A stretch of DNA of 64,000 nt from NCBI GenBank assembly GCA_951812955.1, contig OX638340.1, forward strand, positions 2,240,001 to 2,304,000, written 5' to 3'. This DNA comes from an uncultured Gemmatimonadota bacterium. Its GTDB lineage: Bacteria; JAAXHH01. The notes below the pieces were generated by a model. It worked only from the letters and a program-made list of their open reading frames with translations, was not told where the DNA came from and did no database searches. A program made the translations under genes and the position numbers. Of this stretch, positions 17,771-27,861 are shown in pieces (the stretch's first letter is position 1; each line of letters opens with the position of its first letter).

Positions 17771-18787
17771 TTACCCCCGGTAAATCCTCTCATTGTGCCA
17801 GGATAGTACTTCGGTGGACGGCTGGTCCACCGCATTCCTGGGAACGACAATCTGTTTCCCGTGCAAAGAGTAGTAATCGCGCCCGTTCTCGAATTCCTCC
17901 CGGACCTGTCCGCTGACCTCGAAGTGCAATTCAGGGGTCACCGTTACGTATCCGGAATCGAACAGCCCGTGGATGTCGCGCCTTAGCAGCAGTCCGTTCC
18001 TGGCTTCGTGGATGCCCCCTTCGCTGTAGGGACGGATGTGCGCGGCATCAAGGGCCGGCAGCGTCCGTTCGCGGGTAACTGCGCAACGGCGGTCGTAAAG
18101 GTCGGTTACCAGGGCCCTGAAAGCACCTTGACCGAGACGCGGTTTGACCAGTTGCGGTTTGCCGTAAAGGGTTTGCCCGGCCAGGAGGCCTGAGGGTTCG
18201 GCCACGATGCCGGCAGGATTTGCAGATACACTGGTTGGCTGTCGGAATTCCAAACGGCCGTTGACTGCGTCCCACAATGCCCGTCCGTCTGAGTCACCGG
18301 TACTAAATGTCTTTAGTGACACGATGTTCGGCGACCATGTCGACGGCACATCGACAAACTCGGATGCCTCGAAGAAGAAGGGTTGGGTAAGGATCCGGCA
18401 GCCAATCTTGTAATCGCTCGGCTCACGTGGGTCAACATTACGGTAACGTGAGATACGATTTCGCATTTCCTGCAATGTCTCGGCACCGTTGGCTTCCCCG
18501 AATGCTTCCCATGCAAGGGAACAAGGCATCACATTGGCATAGGCAAAAACGCCGCCGCCAACGATTACGTTGTACGGCGCGTGTAGCTTGAAGAGGAACA
18601 GTTCACCGGGCTGAAGTGCCTTGAAGTTCGTGCCAGAAGGCGCCCAGAAGTTGACCTCCTCCAGGTGCGGCTTCTGCCGGAGAGTCTTGAACCAGTCCCC
18701 GTCGGTCACGGCAACGACCAGCTTGATGTCCATAGCGCGAATTCCGGTAAACTTTGGTGCTATTGGGATACAGGCAGATCCGATCAA
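17771..18787 (-). CDS. HNH_2-family endonuclease with an N-terminal PUA/EVE-like beta-barrel domain (type IV restriction-like)
   Basis: C-terminal RRCAVTRERTLPALDAAHIRPYSEGG ... NGLLLRRDIHGLFDSGYVTV. N-terminal KLVVAVTDGDWFKTLRQ..VNFWAPSG..GELFLFKL resembles PUA-like modified-base readers fused to nucleases. Confidence 0.7.
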   Translation of the reverse strand: MIGSACIPIAPKFTGIRAMDIKLVVAVTDGDWFKTLRQKPHLEEVNFWAPSGTNFKALQPGELFLFKLHAPYNVIVGGGVFAYANVMPCSLAWEAFGEANGAETLQEMRNRISRYRNVDPREPSDYKIGCRILTQPFFFEASEFVDVPSTWSPNIVSLKTFSTGDSDGRALWDAVNGRLEFRQPTSVSANPAGIVAEPSGLLAGQTLYGKPQLVKPRLGQGAFRALVTDLYDRRCAVTRERTLPALDAAHIRPYSEGGIHEARNGLLLRRDIHGLFDSGYVTVTPELHFEVSGQVREEFENGRDYYSLHGKQIVVPRNAVDQPSTEVLSWHNERIYRG

Positions 18788-19076
18788 CGGACAACCGCAA
18801 CCGTGCGTCTCGCTGATCGAGCCTTATCATCTAAAATAAAAGACGGCAACCATGGCAGGTCAAGTGCCGCCTGTGCGACCCGGTTTTTGACGTTTGGAAC
18901 ACAGAACGAGTGCTTCCAGATTGCCTTGACCAAATGTACCTGTTAGTTTACTGAACGTTGGTACACTTGATCTCATAAGTTATCAGGAGATTACGAGCGA
19001 GTAGTGAAAGGAACGATTCATATCTTATGTTGTGTAATTTAAATCATATATCGGAAATAGTACATAGGGGAGTTGT

Positions 19077-19274
19077 GTGGTGAATAGTAACTCAAAAGAT
19101 AATAACGAACGGCGATCGCCGATAAAAACCGCCAAACATGACAACTCGAGTGACGAAAACAATCCCCCAGCCAACCTGGCGGAAGCGATACGCGCCCGTT
19201 TTGCACCGTTGGGTGGGATAGAACTGGATCTTCCGCCACGCGAACCCATGCGCGAACCGCCCGAATTCAAATAA
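19077..19274 (+). CDS. Possible degenerate RHH/VapB-like antitoxin remnant: only a C-terminal tail (AEAIRARFAPLGGIELDLPPREPMREPPEF) is retained
   Basis: The C-terminal motif resembles the toxin-binding tails of FitA/VapB antitoxins. The N-terminal half is low-complexity and has no RHH. It lies in an AT-rich intergenic patch with no adjacent toxin. Confidence 0.25.
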   Translation: MVNSNSKDNNERRSPIKTAKHDNSSDENNPPANLAEAIRARFAPLGGIELDLPPREPMREPPEFK

Positions 19275-19359
19275 TGAGAACGCATTAGCGCTGACTGGAA
19301 ACTGTCCCATATGAACCCGGCAATTCCGCACTGGTAATCCAACCAACAAAGGACACCCC

Positions 19360-20754
19360 ATGCCCCCGATCGACATCGGCTCACGCCGCGAGCTCTTTGT
19401 AGACTCATTTCTGATCGACACCCTCACGGACGCCCACCAACATCTTCACGAACCCGTTCTAAAGGAGACGGTATTCCGCGTAGAGGAACCTCTGGAGAAC
19501 GCCTGTACGGGTTGCTACAACCTGGTACAGACAGACGGCAAAGTCCTGGTGTATTACCGCGGCTATCACCCCACGGGCAAACACGAGGATCTGCCCGAGG
19601 GTTGGGCGGAAACGCAGACGACAAACCTGCTGGTCAGCGATGACGGCATCCACTTCGAACGGCCGAACCTGGGCCTGGTGGAAGCGGAAGGTTCGAAGGA
19701 CAACAACATCCTCGTCCGGGGCCGCGAGGCACATAACTTCTGCGTCTTCCTGGACGGCAATCCGGAAGTGGCGCCCGATCAGCGTTTCAAGGCCGTCGGT
19801 GGAGAAGGCAGGGACAGTCTCTTCGGTTTCACTTCATCCGACGGATTGACCTGGAAACCGGTGCAGGACGGTCCCCTCGCGATCACGGGCGCCTTCGACT
19901 CGGTGAACGTGCCCCTTTGGGACGACTACGCGGGTTGCTACCGCCTCTTCAGCCGGTACTTCGAACAGACGGGGGAAGACGGCGTCGGGGTCCGGGCAAT
20001 TCAGAGCTGCACCTCGGAGGATTTCATCCACTGGACCACGCCCGAACATCACGTGTACGGCGAAGGCGTCCCGTTCGAGCACTTCTACACCAACGCCACC
20101 ACGCCATGCCCTGGCGCGGAACACATCCTGCTGTCCTTTCCCATGCGGTTCGTGCCGGAACGGACGAAGGACATCAAGGGCATGGATTACCCCGGGGGCG
20201 GCGTGTCCGACGCTATATTCATGTCGAGTCGGGACGGCGTCCACTGGGACCGGAGTTTCATGGACGCCTGGCTGCGCCCGGGCCTGGAAAAGCGCAACTG
20301 GACGCACCGCAACCAGACGCCGGCCGCGGGAATCGTTCCGACAGCCCCGGACGAATGGTCGATGTACGTCGCCGAGCATTACGGATGGGACACCAACGGC
20401 GTGAGGCGGGTGACCGTCCGTCCCCACGGTTTCGCCTCCGTCCGGGCAGGCTACTACGGTGGCGAACTGTTTACGAAACCCCTGACCTTCACCGGATCGA
20501 CGCTGTATATCAACTACTCGGCGTCCGCCGTGGGCGCCGTGTCCGTGGAGATTCAGGATACGGAAGGTCGAGCCTTGGAGGGATTTGCGGCAAACGACAT
20601 GGATCCCCTGTTCGGCGACGACCTGGACGCCCCGATTACGTGGAAGGGCTCCGACGGTCTGAATGGCCTGAACCGGCTGAACGGTGTGCCGGTCCGCCTG
20701 CGGTTCATCCTGAAGGACGCCGATCTCTTCTCGATCCGTTTCGGAGATTCCTGA
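19360..20754 (+). CDS. Hypothetical 464-aa protein, possibly a beta-propeller glycoside-hydrolase-like fold
   Basis: Long ORF with good coding statistics and no definitive motif recognised. Confidence 0.45.
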   Translation: MPPIDIGSRRELFVDSFLIDTLTDAHQHLHEPVLKETVFRVEEPLENACTGCYNLVQTDGKVLVYYRGYHPTGKHEDLPEGWAETQTTNLLVSDDGIHFERPNLGLVEAEGSKDNNILVRGREAHNFCVFLDGNPEVAPDQRFKAVGGEGRDSLFGFTSSDGLTWKPVQDGPLAITGAFDSVNVPLWDDYAGCYRLFSRYFEQTGEDGVGVRAIQSCTSEDFIHWTTPEHHVYGEGVPFEHFYTNATTPCPGAEHILLSFPMRFVPERTKDIKGMDYPGGGVSDAIFMSSRDGVHWDRSFMDAWLRPGLEKRNWTHRNQTPAAGIVPTAPDEWSMYVAEHYGWDTNGVRRVTVRPHGFASVRAGYYGGELFTKPLTFTGSTLYINYSASAVGAVSVEIQDTEGRALEGFAANDMDPLFGDDLDAPITWKGSDGLNGLNRLNGVPVRLRFILKDADLFSIRFGDS

Positions 20755-20872
20755 GAAGAATCCTGAGAAGATTCGTGAGAAATACAGACCCCGGGGTTAT
20801 CCCATCGGTATTCCGTGTCAAAGGATAGCTTTGATGAGGATTGAGGACCGGGGGCAGCGACTTCCGGCTCAC

Positions 20873-21643
20873 CTATTCAGCCTTCGGTCTGATTTTCCTG
20901 TAAATCACCGGAGTCAGGGAAATGGTAATCAGCAGGGCGAGGGCGATGCCCAGGTTGGTCAGGGCAGAGGATCTTAGCGCGGCGCGCGCCACGTCGTCGA
21001 GTTCAGTGCCGGCCATGTAGACCTGCATCAGCGACGCCGCGGTGTATGCGTAGATGAAAGTGGAAGGCGTGATGCCGATCATCGTCCCCAATACGTAGTG
21101 AATCTTCCGGATTCCGGACAGCCCGGCGGCAAAGTTGAGGAGATTGAATGGGATCAATGGGATCAGCCGTAGCTGGAGCATGCGCAGGAAACCCTGATTC
21201 CTCAGCTGGCGGTCGATCCGGTCGATCGGACCCTTGATGTAGCGGGAGATGAAATCGCGGCCCAGGTACCGGGCCAGGTCGAAGGCCAGGCTGGCGCCGA
21301 TGTTCGCGCCGACCAGCACGTAAAGCGTGCCCCACATGGCGCCGAAGGTGAACCCGGCGACAAAGGTCATGACCACCATCGGCACGCCCACCGTCGTGAG
21401 CAACGCGTACAGGCCGATGAACACCAGGGGCGCCCACCAGTAGCCCGCGATGGAATCGAAGAATCCCTCCATCGCAATGGGCTGGAGATACGCTCCCAGG
21501 GGGGTGAAGCTATAAACAAGAATGCCGGAAGAGGCGATCGCGAGCAGGATGGCCAGCTTGACGAGCGAACGCTTCCGGCTTGTTCCCTTGCCGGGGCCTA
21601 CCTGCCGCATGGCGTGTATGATTTCTTCATCGATCCATCCCAT
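20873..21643 (-). CDS. DedA/TVP38/TMEM64-family membrane protein
   Basis: VPMVVMTFVAGFTFGAMWGTLYVLVGANIGASLAFDLARYLGRDFI matches the SNARE-associated/DedA core. Confidence 0.75.
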   Translation of the reverse strand: MGWIDEEIIHAMRQVGPGKGTSRKRSLVKLAILLAIASSGILVYSFTPLGAYLQPIAMEGFFDSIAGYWWAPLVFIGLYALLTTVGVPMVVMTFVAGFTFGAMWGTLYVLVGANIGASLAFDLARYLGRDFISRYIKGPIDRIDRQLRNQGFLRMLQLRLIPLIPFNLLNFAAGLSGIRKIHYVLGTMIGITPSTFIYAYTAASLMQVYMAGTELDDVARAALRSSALTNLGIALALLITISLTPVIYRKIRPKAE

Positions 21644-21745
21644 TCGGAGCGTTGTCAGTCAGCCCGGCGTGTCGGCAGTCAGCTCGGAACATTTGCACTC
21701 GGCCCGGTGTGTCGACAGCCAGCGCTTAAACTATGATCGACCGCT

Positions 21746-22531
21746 TTACTCCGCGCGCTGCTCGTTGATGCCCCAGTCATAATGCAGGTAGTCGACGTCC
21801 ACGTCTTTCCGCTTCAGCAACGCACGCGCCGCATCATCCGGCACGTAGGGCGTGATGTACTCCAGGACTTCCTGCTGGTTCTTCCCGAAGTCGTCCTCGT
21901 ACCAGTCCATGATCGGCGACAGCCAGACGGTGTTATCCTCCGGGTCGGCTCGGAACTTACTGGGATCGGCGAAAAAGACAAGGGTATTCGCCCTCAGCTG
22001 CCGGTCCATGTCCTCCGCTGTGAACGCTTCGGTCATGAGTGGCGGGCATCCTATGGAAGCGCACACGAGGGCGAAGTGGACCAGGGGCTCGTCCATCTTG
22101 CGCAGGATATTGTGCTCGATGTCATCCAGCGAGTATTCCCTGCCCTGGATTTCGATCTTGTAATCCTTCCAGATGCTGTACCCCAACAGGCTGACGTGAT
22201 TCTTGATGCTGCTCGTGGGATAGAAGTGCAGCATCCCGCGGATCGTCAACGCGTTGTAGGTATTGATCCAGAAGGCGAAGACCTCGTTGCGGTCCTTCAG
22301 CCCACCCGGGTCCACGCCCTTGATCATCTCCAGGTAGCCGTCCAACGTACCCACGTCGCGGGCCTTCCAGGTCCGGTAGTCGATCATGCCCCGTTCATCG
22401 ACGTATTTCTTCAACAATCCGTCGTACACGGAATGGTCCACTGTGCCGCCTCCCTGCGCTCCGGCGGTTCCGGTAAACATGATCGCCGTCAGCGCAACGG
22501 TCATCAAGGTAATCCATTGTCTTGTTCGCAT
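21746..22531 (-). CDS. DUF547-domain secreted protein
   Basis: Signal peptide plus FWINTYNALTI, the DUF547 signature. Confidence 0.7.
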   Translation of the reverse strand: MRTRQWITLMTVALTAIMFTGTAGAQGGGTVDHSVYDGLLKKYVDERGMIDYRTWKARDVGTLDGYLEMIKGVDPGGLKDRNEVFAFWINTYNALTIRGMLHFYPTSSIKNHVSLLGYSIWKDYKIEIQGREYSLDDIEHNILRKMDEPLVHFALVCASIGCPPLMTEAFTAEDMDRQLRANTLVFFADPSKFRADPEDNTVWLSPIMDWYEDDFGKNQQEVLEYITPYVPDDAARALLKRKDVDVDYLHYDWGINEQRAE

Positions 22532-22641
22532 CGTTCGCGCCCCCTATTTCCCTTGCCCGAGGTGGGATTTCCTGCTATCTTTCGTTCACTTCCGCAGACG
22601 TTCCACGGACCGGTTACATCCTTCCCAGGCGGTAAGAAACT

Positions 22642-23208
22642 ATGGAAACGAAATCTCGCGTCAACATCGTCTACGTCCTCGCCGCGCTCCTGATCCTGGC
22701 CGGATTGATCTCGGCCATCGTGGGCGAAATGAGATCGCCCGAAGTGGCCGTCATATTCGATGCGGATGGCTCAATCTCTTCTAACCCCTACTCGGTCGAT
22801 CTGGAATTCGCCTTGACGGACGCCGACGAGAACGAATTCACCATCGCGCAGTTCGAGGGCCAGGTCCGGGTCGTCAACTTCTGGGCCACCTGGTGCCCCC
22901 CATGCCGCGACGAGATCCCCGACTTCCAGGCGTTCCATGAGAAGTACGAAGAAAAGGGCGTCAAGGTCATCGGCATCGCCCTCGACGAGCAAGGTGCGGA
23001 AATCGTACAGCCATTCGTCGAGGAAATGAACATGACCTACCTTTCCCTCATCGACACCACGCAGAAGGCCGCCAGGGAATTCGGTGGGATCTACGGTATT
23101 CCGACCACCTTCATCATCGACCGCGACGGAATGGTCCAGAAGAAACACGTAGGCTACATGTCCTACGAAAACCTGGAATCCGCCGTGCTGCCGCTGCTGG
23201 CAAACTAG
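22642..23208 (+). CDS. TlpA/ResA-like thiol-disulfide oxidoreductase (thioredoxin fold), membrane-anchored
   Basis: N-terminal TM segment and VVNFWATWCPPCRDEIPDF (CxxC active site). Confidence 0.8.
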   Translation: METKSRVNIVYVLAALLILAGLISAIVGEMRSPEVAVIFDADGSISSNPYSVDLEFALTDADENEFTIAQFEGQVRVVNFWATWCPPCRDEIPDFQAFHEKYEEKGVKVIGIALDEQGAEIVQPFVEEMNMTYLSLIDTTQKAAREFGGIYGIPTTFIIDRDGMVQKKHVGYMSYENLESAVLPLLAN

Positions 23209-23362
23209 GTTACATCTGCTGCTGGCGAACTAGGTGTTACATTCGGCCGATGCGCGTCGGTATATACGGCCACGGCTCCTCCGGCCGCTGCTCCTCCGGC
23301 TGTTTCCCGTACTCGATCCGATGCTTTGCCGTACGCGCCGAAATCACCTCCCCGAGCAGAAT

Positions 23363-23953
23363 TCACCTCTCCGTGCCGTGCAGTCTCCCGAGCGTCAGCG
23401 CCAGGTTACGCCCCAATCCCTCCACCGCCGCCTGGCGCTTCTCGTCTTTCAAACTACCATCATCCGTAAACGCTCCGTGCGCGCCCGGAACCGCCACCTG
23501 GTCCGGCAGGATCATGACGTGGATGTTGCTTAAGATCGATCGCACGTGCACGAGTCCGCGCAGACCGCCCAGCGCACCTGGCGAAGCGCTCATCAACGCG
23601 GCCGTCTTGTTCCGGAAGACCGCCAGCCTCTCCTCGCCCGGCGCGGGCCTGGATGCCCAGTCGATCGTGTTCTTGAGGAGCGGCGTGATCGAACTGTTGT
23701 ATTCCGGCGCGGCGATCAGCAGTCCCTGGCTGGCCATCATCAGCGCCTTGAAGCGGACCGCGTTCTCTGGAATTCCATCTCGTTCTTCCAGGTCGCCGTC
23801 GTACAGTGGCATGGGGTAGTCGCGCATATCGACCAGGTCGACCGCGGCTCCGGCCTCCTCTGCGCCACGCGCCGCGATACCGACCAGTTTCCTGTTGAAA
23901 GAACCGGTCCGCGCACTGCCGGCAAATGCAAGAATTCTGGGTACATAGCTCAT
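23363..23953 (-). CDS. NADPH-dependent FMN reductase (flavodoxin-like fold)
   Basis: MSYVPRILAFAGSARTGSFNRKLVGIAA matches FMN_red family N-termini. The internal ATG is chosen as the start. Confidence 0.7.
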   Translation of the reverse strand: MSYVPRILAFAGSARTGSFNRKLVGIAARGAEEAGAAVDLVDMRDYPMPLYDGDLEERDGIPENAVRFKALMMASQGLLIAAPEYNSSITPLLKNTIDWASRPAPGEERLAVFRNKTAALMSASPGALGGLRGLVHVRSILSNIHVMILPDQVAVPGAHGAFTDDGSLKDEKRQAAVEGLGRNLALTLGRLHGTER

Positions 23954-24484
23954 ATGGTTTTCGCTTTCTCCCACTGTTGATTCAGTTATTTAAATAGTAG
24001 TCCTGAACTATTTCAGCATCATTACTAAGCCACGCCGGAATCGCCCAGCGGCGCGACTTCCAGCCTACTGTCCCGCACGACCTTCAGCCCATTCTCCCAC
24101 GGCACGAACCGGGTCCGCGTTGGCTCCGCCCCGCCGCACGAGCTTCAACCCTCGATGGCACCGCTCCACAGCGAGTCCCGCGGAACGACCCTAAGGTACT
24201 ATAAAAAGTCGTGATACAAACCCCGAAAGTCAAGGGAGGATTAGACACTGAATGCGCCGGTCCGATCGGCTGCTTCACCCCTTCCGGCAAGGACTTTCCA
24301 GGCGGTTGAACGACGGAGAAACACCTTGACTGCAGGGGCTTGTATTGCTATGGTTCCAACATCGTAAACGCAACGTCCTCACAGGGCTTTCCGACGCGCT
24401 GCCGCGATGGGTTCAGCGCGGTATTCCGAGACGGAATCCCGGTTACTCCGAACCGGCCGGAAACCGGCCAATCCAATCCCGCCC

Positions 24485-27226
24485 ATGCCCCGATCCAAAG
24501 GAACGCTGACGCCCGCCATGGCGCAATACGCCAGGATGAAGGATCAGCACAAGGATGCGATTCTCTTCTTCCGCATGGGGGATTTCTACGAGACCTTCGA
24601 AGACGACGCCAAACTGGTGTCGCGCGTCCTGGGCATCACGCTGACTGCCCGCAACTCGGGCACCGGCGGCGGTGAGAAGACGCCGCTGGCCGGCGTGCCC
24701 TATCACGCCGTGGAAAAGTACATCGCCGAACTCGTAGGTTCGGGATACAAAGTGGCGGTCTGCGAGCAGGTTGAAGATCCGAAAAAGGCCCGCGGCGTGG
24801 TCAAGCGGGACGTGGTTGAGGTCGTCACGCCGGGGACGACGATGCTGGCGCAGACCCTCGATCCCGGCGAGAACAACTACATGGTCGCTCTCGCATTCGA
24901 CGAGGCAGAATACGGCCTGGCCTTTCTCGATCTGTCCACCGGCGAGTTCCGTGCGGCGGAACTGAACGAAGAAAACCTGCTCAGCGAGCTCAATCGCCTC
25001 GATCCCGCCGAAGCGATCGTGTCCTACGACTGGGCGGAGCAGGCAGCGGCCCTGCTCGAACCCCGGTTCCCCGAAATGGCGATCAGCCGCCTGGAGGAGT
25101 GGGCGTTTTCATACGATCACGCCCGCCAGGTCCTGCTCGATCATTTCGAGGTGTTGACGCTCAAGGGATTCGGCTGCGACGAAATGGCCGGCGGCGTCTC
25201 CGCGGCGGGCGGCATGCTGGTCTATCTCCGGGAGACCCAGAAGAACCGGCTGGCCCACCTGAAGTCCATGGCCCGCTACGACGTCGCGGACTCCATGCTG
25301 ATGGACACGGAGACCCAGCGCAACCTGGAGTTGATTACCTCGTTGCGGGACGGCGGCCGCGAAGGTACGCTCCTTTCCGTGATGGACCGGACGTACACGC
25401 CCATGGGCGCTCGGTACATGCGCCAGGCAATCACCCGGCCGCTGGTTTCGGCCGAAGCCGTCCTGGCCCGCCAGGGGGCGGTGGGCGAACTCCATGCGGA
25501 GCACGGCACGCGGGACGCATTCGCGGACCTGCTCAAGACCATGGGGGACCTGGAGCGCCTTGCGGCCAGGGTCGGATCCGAACGGGCGAATGCCCGCGAC
25601 CTGATCGCGTTGAAGACCGCCCTGCACGTGATCCCGGTCATCAAGGAAACGCTCAAAAGCCTGAAAGCCGGATTGTCCGCAGGCCTCCGGGACGGGCTGC
25701 GGGAACTGAAATCCCTGGCGGAGAATCTGGATCGAGCCCTGGTGGACGATCCGCCCCTCTCGCTTACGGAAGGCGGGCTCATCCGGGCAGCATACAACGA
25801 GGAGCTCGATGATCTGCGCACGGTCAGTTCGGGCGGAAAACGCTGGATCGCAGAACTGCAGCAGAAGGAACGGGAGCGCACGGGGATCCAGTCCCTCAAG
25901 GTCGACTACAACCGCGTCTTCGGCTACTACATCGAGGTCACCAAACCGAACCTGCACCGGCTGGAAGGCGAATACATCCGCAAGCAGACCATGCGCAACG
26001 CGGAGCGGTTCTTCACCCCGGAGCTCAAGGAATACGAGGAGAAGATCCTGGGCGCCGAGGAAAAGATCGGGGAGCTGGAATATGCCCTTTTCCTCGAACT
26101 CCGGGAGGAGGTGGCCGCGAGCCTGGGCGAGATCCAGGGCAATGGCCGATCGATCGCGCAACTGGACTTCCTGACCGCGCTGGCCGAACTGGCCGCCCGG
26201 AACGACTACGTGGCCCCGGAGATCGACGATGGATCCGTCCTGGAGATCGACGACGGACGCCACCCTGTGGTGGAGCAACTGTTGCAAGGCGAAGCCTTCG
26301 TCCCCAACGATACGCAGCTCGACACCCGGACAAAACAGATCGCCCTCATCACCGGGCCGAACATGGCCGGCAAGAGCACCTATCTCCGCCAGGTGGGCCT
26401 GATCGTACTCATGGCCCAGGTCGGTTCCTTCGTCCCGGCGCGGTCCGCGCGGATCGGCATCGTGGACCGCATCTTCACGCGCGTCGGCGCCTCCGACAAC
26501 CTGGCCCGGGGCGAAAGCACCTTTCTCGTAGAGATGAACGAGACCGCCAACATTCTGAACAACGCGACGCCGCGAAGTCTCGTCCTCCTCGACGAGATCG
26601 GGCGGGGCACGAGCACCTACGACGGGCTGAGCATCGCCTGGTCGGTCACGGAGTTCCTCCACAACACGCCGGAACGGGCGGCCAAGACCCTCTTCGCCAC
26701 GCATTACCACGAACTGATCGAACTGGCTTCGAGTCTCGACCGGATCGCCAACTACAACGTGGCTATCCGGGAGCAGGACGACCGGATCGTATTTCTGAGG
26801 AAGGTGATGCCCGGCGGGAGCGACCGCAGTTACGGGATCCAGGTGGCGCGCATGGCTGGGTTGCCGCGCAGCGTGGTCGAGCGAGCCCGGGTCATCCTGG
26901 CCAACCTGGAGGGCGAGGACCTTGCTCCGGGCGGCCAGGATGGCCAGGGCGGCGTCGAGGACGCGGATGGAACGGGCGGCGCGGCGGGCTCGGATGGCGC
27001 GGGTGGACCAGGTAGTCCGGCTGGCGCGGCGGGCGAGGCGGGCACACCGCGCCACGGAATGCCCAGGGCGGAAAGCGCCGAATACCAGCTCAGCCTGTTC
27101 CTGCCTGCGGACCATCCGGTCGTCGAGGACATCAAGGAACTCGATCTGGACGTAATGACGCCGGTCGAAGCCATGAACGCCCTGTACCGGCTACAGCAGA
27201 AAGCCGCGGATCCCGATGGCGAATAG
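24485..27226 (+). CDS. mutS: DNA mismatch repair protein MutS
   Basis: TPAMAQYARMKDQHKDAILFFRMGDFYETFEDDA (mismatch-binding domain) and the Walker A GPNMAGKSTYLRQV. Start moved to the ATG at 24485 (MPRSKGT). Confidence 0.95.
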   Translation: MPRSKGTLTPAMAQYARMKDQHKDAILFFRMGDFYETFEDDAKLVSRVLGITLTARNSGTGGGEKTPLAGVPYHAVEKYIAELVGSGYKVAVCEQVEDPKKARGVVKRDVVEVVTPGTTMLAQTLDPGENNYMVALAFDEAEYGLAFLDLSTGEFRAAELNEENLLSELNRLDPAEAIVSYDWAEQAAALLEPRFPEMAISRLEEWAFSYDHARQVLLDHFEVLTLKGFGCDEMAGGVSAAGGMLVYLRETQKNRLAHLKSMARYDVADSMLMDTETQRNLELITSLRDGGREGTLLSVMDRTYTPMGARYMRQAITRPLVSAEAVLARQGAVGELHAEHGTRDAFADLLKTMGDLERLAARVGSERANARDLIALKTALHVIPVIKETLKSLKAGLSAGLRDGLRELKSLAENLDRALVDDPPLSLTEGGLIRAAYNEELDDLRTVSSGGKRWIAELQQKERERTGIQSLKVDYNRVFGYYIEVTKPNLHRLEGEYIRKQTMRNAERFFTPELKEYEEKILGAEEKIGELEYALFLELREEVAASLGEIQGNGRSIAQLDFLTALAELAARNDYVAPEIDDGSVLEIDDGRHPVVEQLLQGEAFVPNDTQLDTRTKQIALITGPNMAGKSTYLRQVGLIVLMAQVGSFVPARSARIGIVDRIFTRVGASDNLARGESTFLVEMNETANILNNATPRSLVLLDEIGRGTSTYDGLSIAWSVTEFLHNTPERAAKTLFATHYHELIELASSLDRIANYNVAIREQDDRIVFLRKVMPGGSDRSYGIQVARMAGLPRSVVERARVILANLEGEDLAPGGQDGQGGVEDADGTGGAAGSDGAGGPGSPAGAAGEAGTPRHGMPRAESAEYQLSLFLPADHPVVEDIKELDLDVMTPVEAMNALYRLQQKAADPDGE

Positions 27227-27276
27227 CACGCTTCGGAGAGAGTAGCCGCGTGGGTGTAGAGAGGAGCCGTGCGCAT

Positions 27277-27424
27277 CGTCTTCTCCGCCCTGCTCGTCAA
27301 CGACGACTCCATATGTAGGTGGCATGATCGGCATTCCTGCCGCCATGCTCTTCAACCCCGACTCCTAAGGTAGGTGGCCGTGTCCATCATATCCTCCGCT
27401 ATGCTCGTCAACCCCGATGGAGAC
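27277..27424. repeat. Three imperfect tandem copies (about 56 bp each) of the NUDIX gene 5' end
   Basis: ccgccctgctcgtcaacgacgactccatatgtaggtggc, ccgccatgctcttcaaccccgactcctaaggtaggtggcc and ccgctatgctcgtcaaccccgatggagac. The first two copies end in in-frame stop codons. Confidence 0.7.
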
Positions 27425-27799
27425 ATCCTCGTCAACCTCCGCGACGACGACCCCCGGATCATCTTCCCGAATCTGTGGAGCCTCATCGGGGGCCACGTGG
27501 AAGCGGGAGAATCGCCCGAAGAAGGCCTGGTCAGAGAGGTGCTGGAGGAGATCGGCTACCGGTTGACCGAGTACCACGCCCTGGCGACCTTCTTCGACGG
27601 GGAAGACGTGCGTCACCTCTATCTCTCCCCGATCGACGTCCCGATCGAAGATCTCGTACTGGGCGAAGGCCAGGCCATCCGGTTCATCGATCCCAGGCGG
27701 GCGCTCGCCGAACTCGACCTGTGCGTCACCGGCCGGCGGTGCATCGAGGTCTACCTGCGCCACCTCGAATTCCAGGCGTACGTCCGCACGCGAAGCTGA
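27374..27799 (+). CDS. NUDIX hydrolase
   Basis: Nudix box GGHVEAGESPEEGLVREVLEEIGY. GTG start. Alternative ATG at MLVNPDGD. Confidence 0.8.
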   Translation: MAVSIISSAMLVNPDGDILVNLRDDDPRIIFPNLWSLIGGHVEAGESPEEGLVREVLEEIGYRLTEYHALATFFDGEDVRHLYLSPIDVPIEDLVLGEGQAIRFIDPRRALAELDLCVTGRRCIEVYLRHLEFQAYVRTRS

Positions 27800-27861
27800 G
27801 GGCGGCCCGCCAACCCGGATCCGCCAACACGGATCCCAGCAACCTCCCGAAAGACTTTCCC

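Noticed and set aside
21782-22693. 303-aa plus-strand ORF overlapping the DUF547 gene
   Set aside because: It is antisense to a gene with a clear family signature (FWINTYNAL) and has low-complexity composition.
25109-27115. 668-aa ORF antisense to mutS. Similar long antisense ORFs lie opposite cusA (29692-30963, 29216-30142), lon (41638-43092), the 2OG oxygenase (9000-10130), and elsewhere.
   Set aside because: High-GC antisense frames are naturally open. Their compositions are Arg/Gly/Pro/His-rich with no motifs, and the sense strands encode well-recognised proteins.
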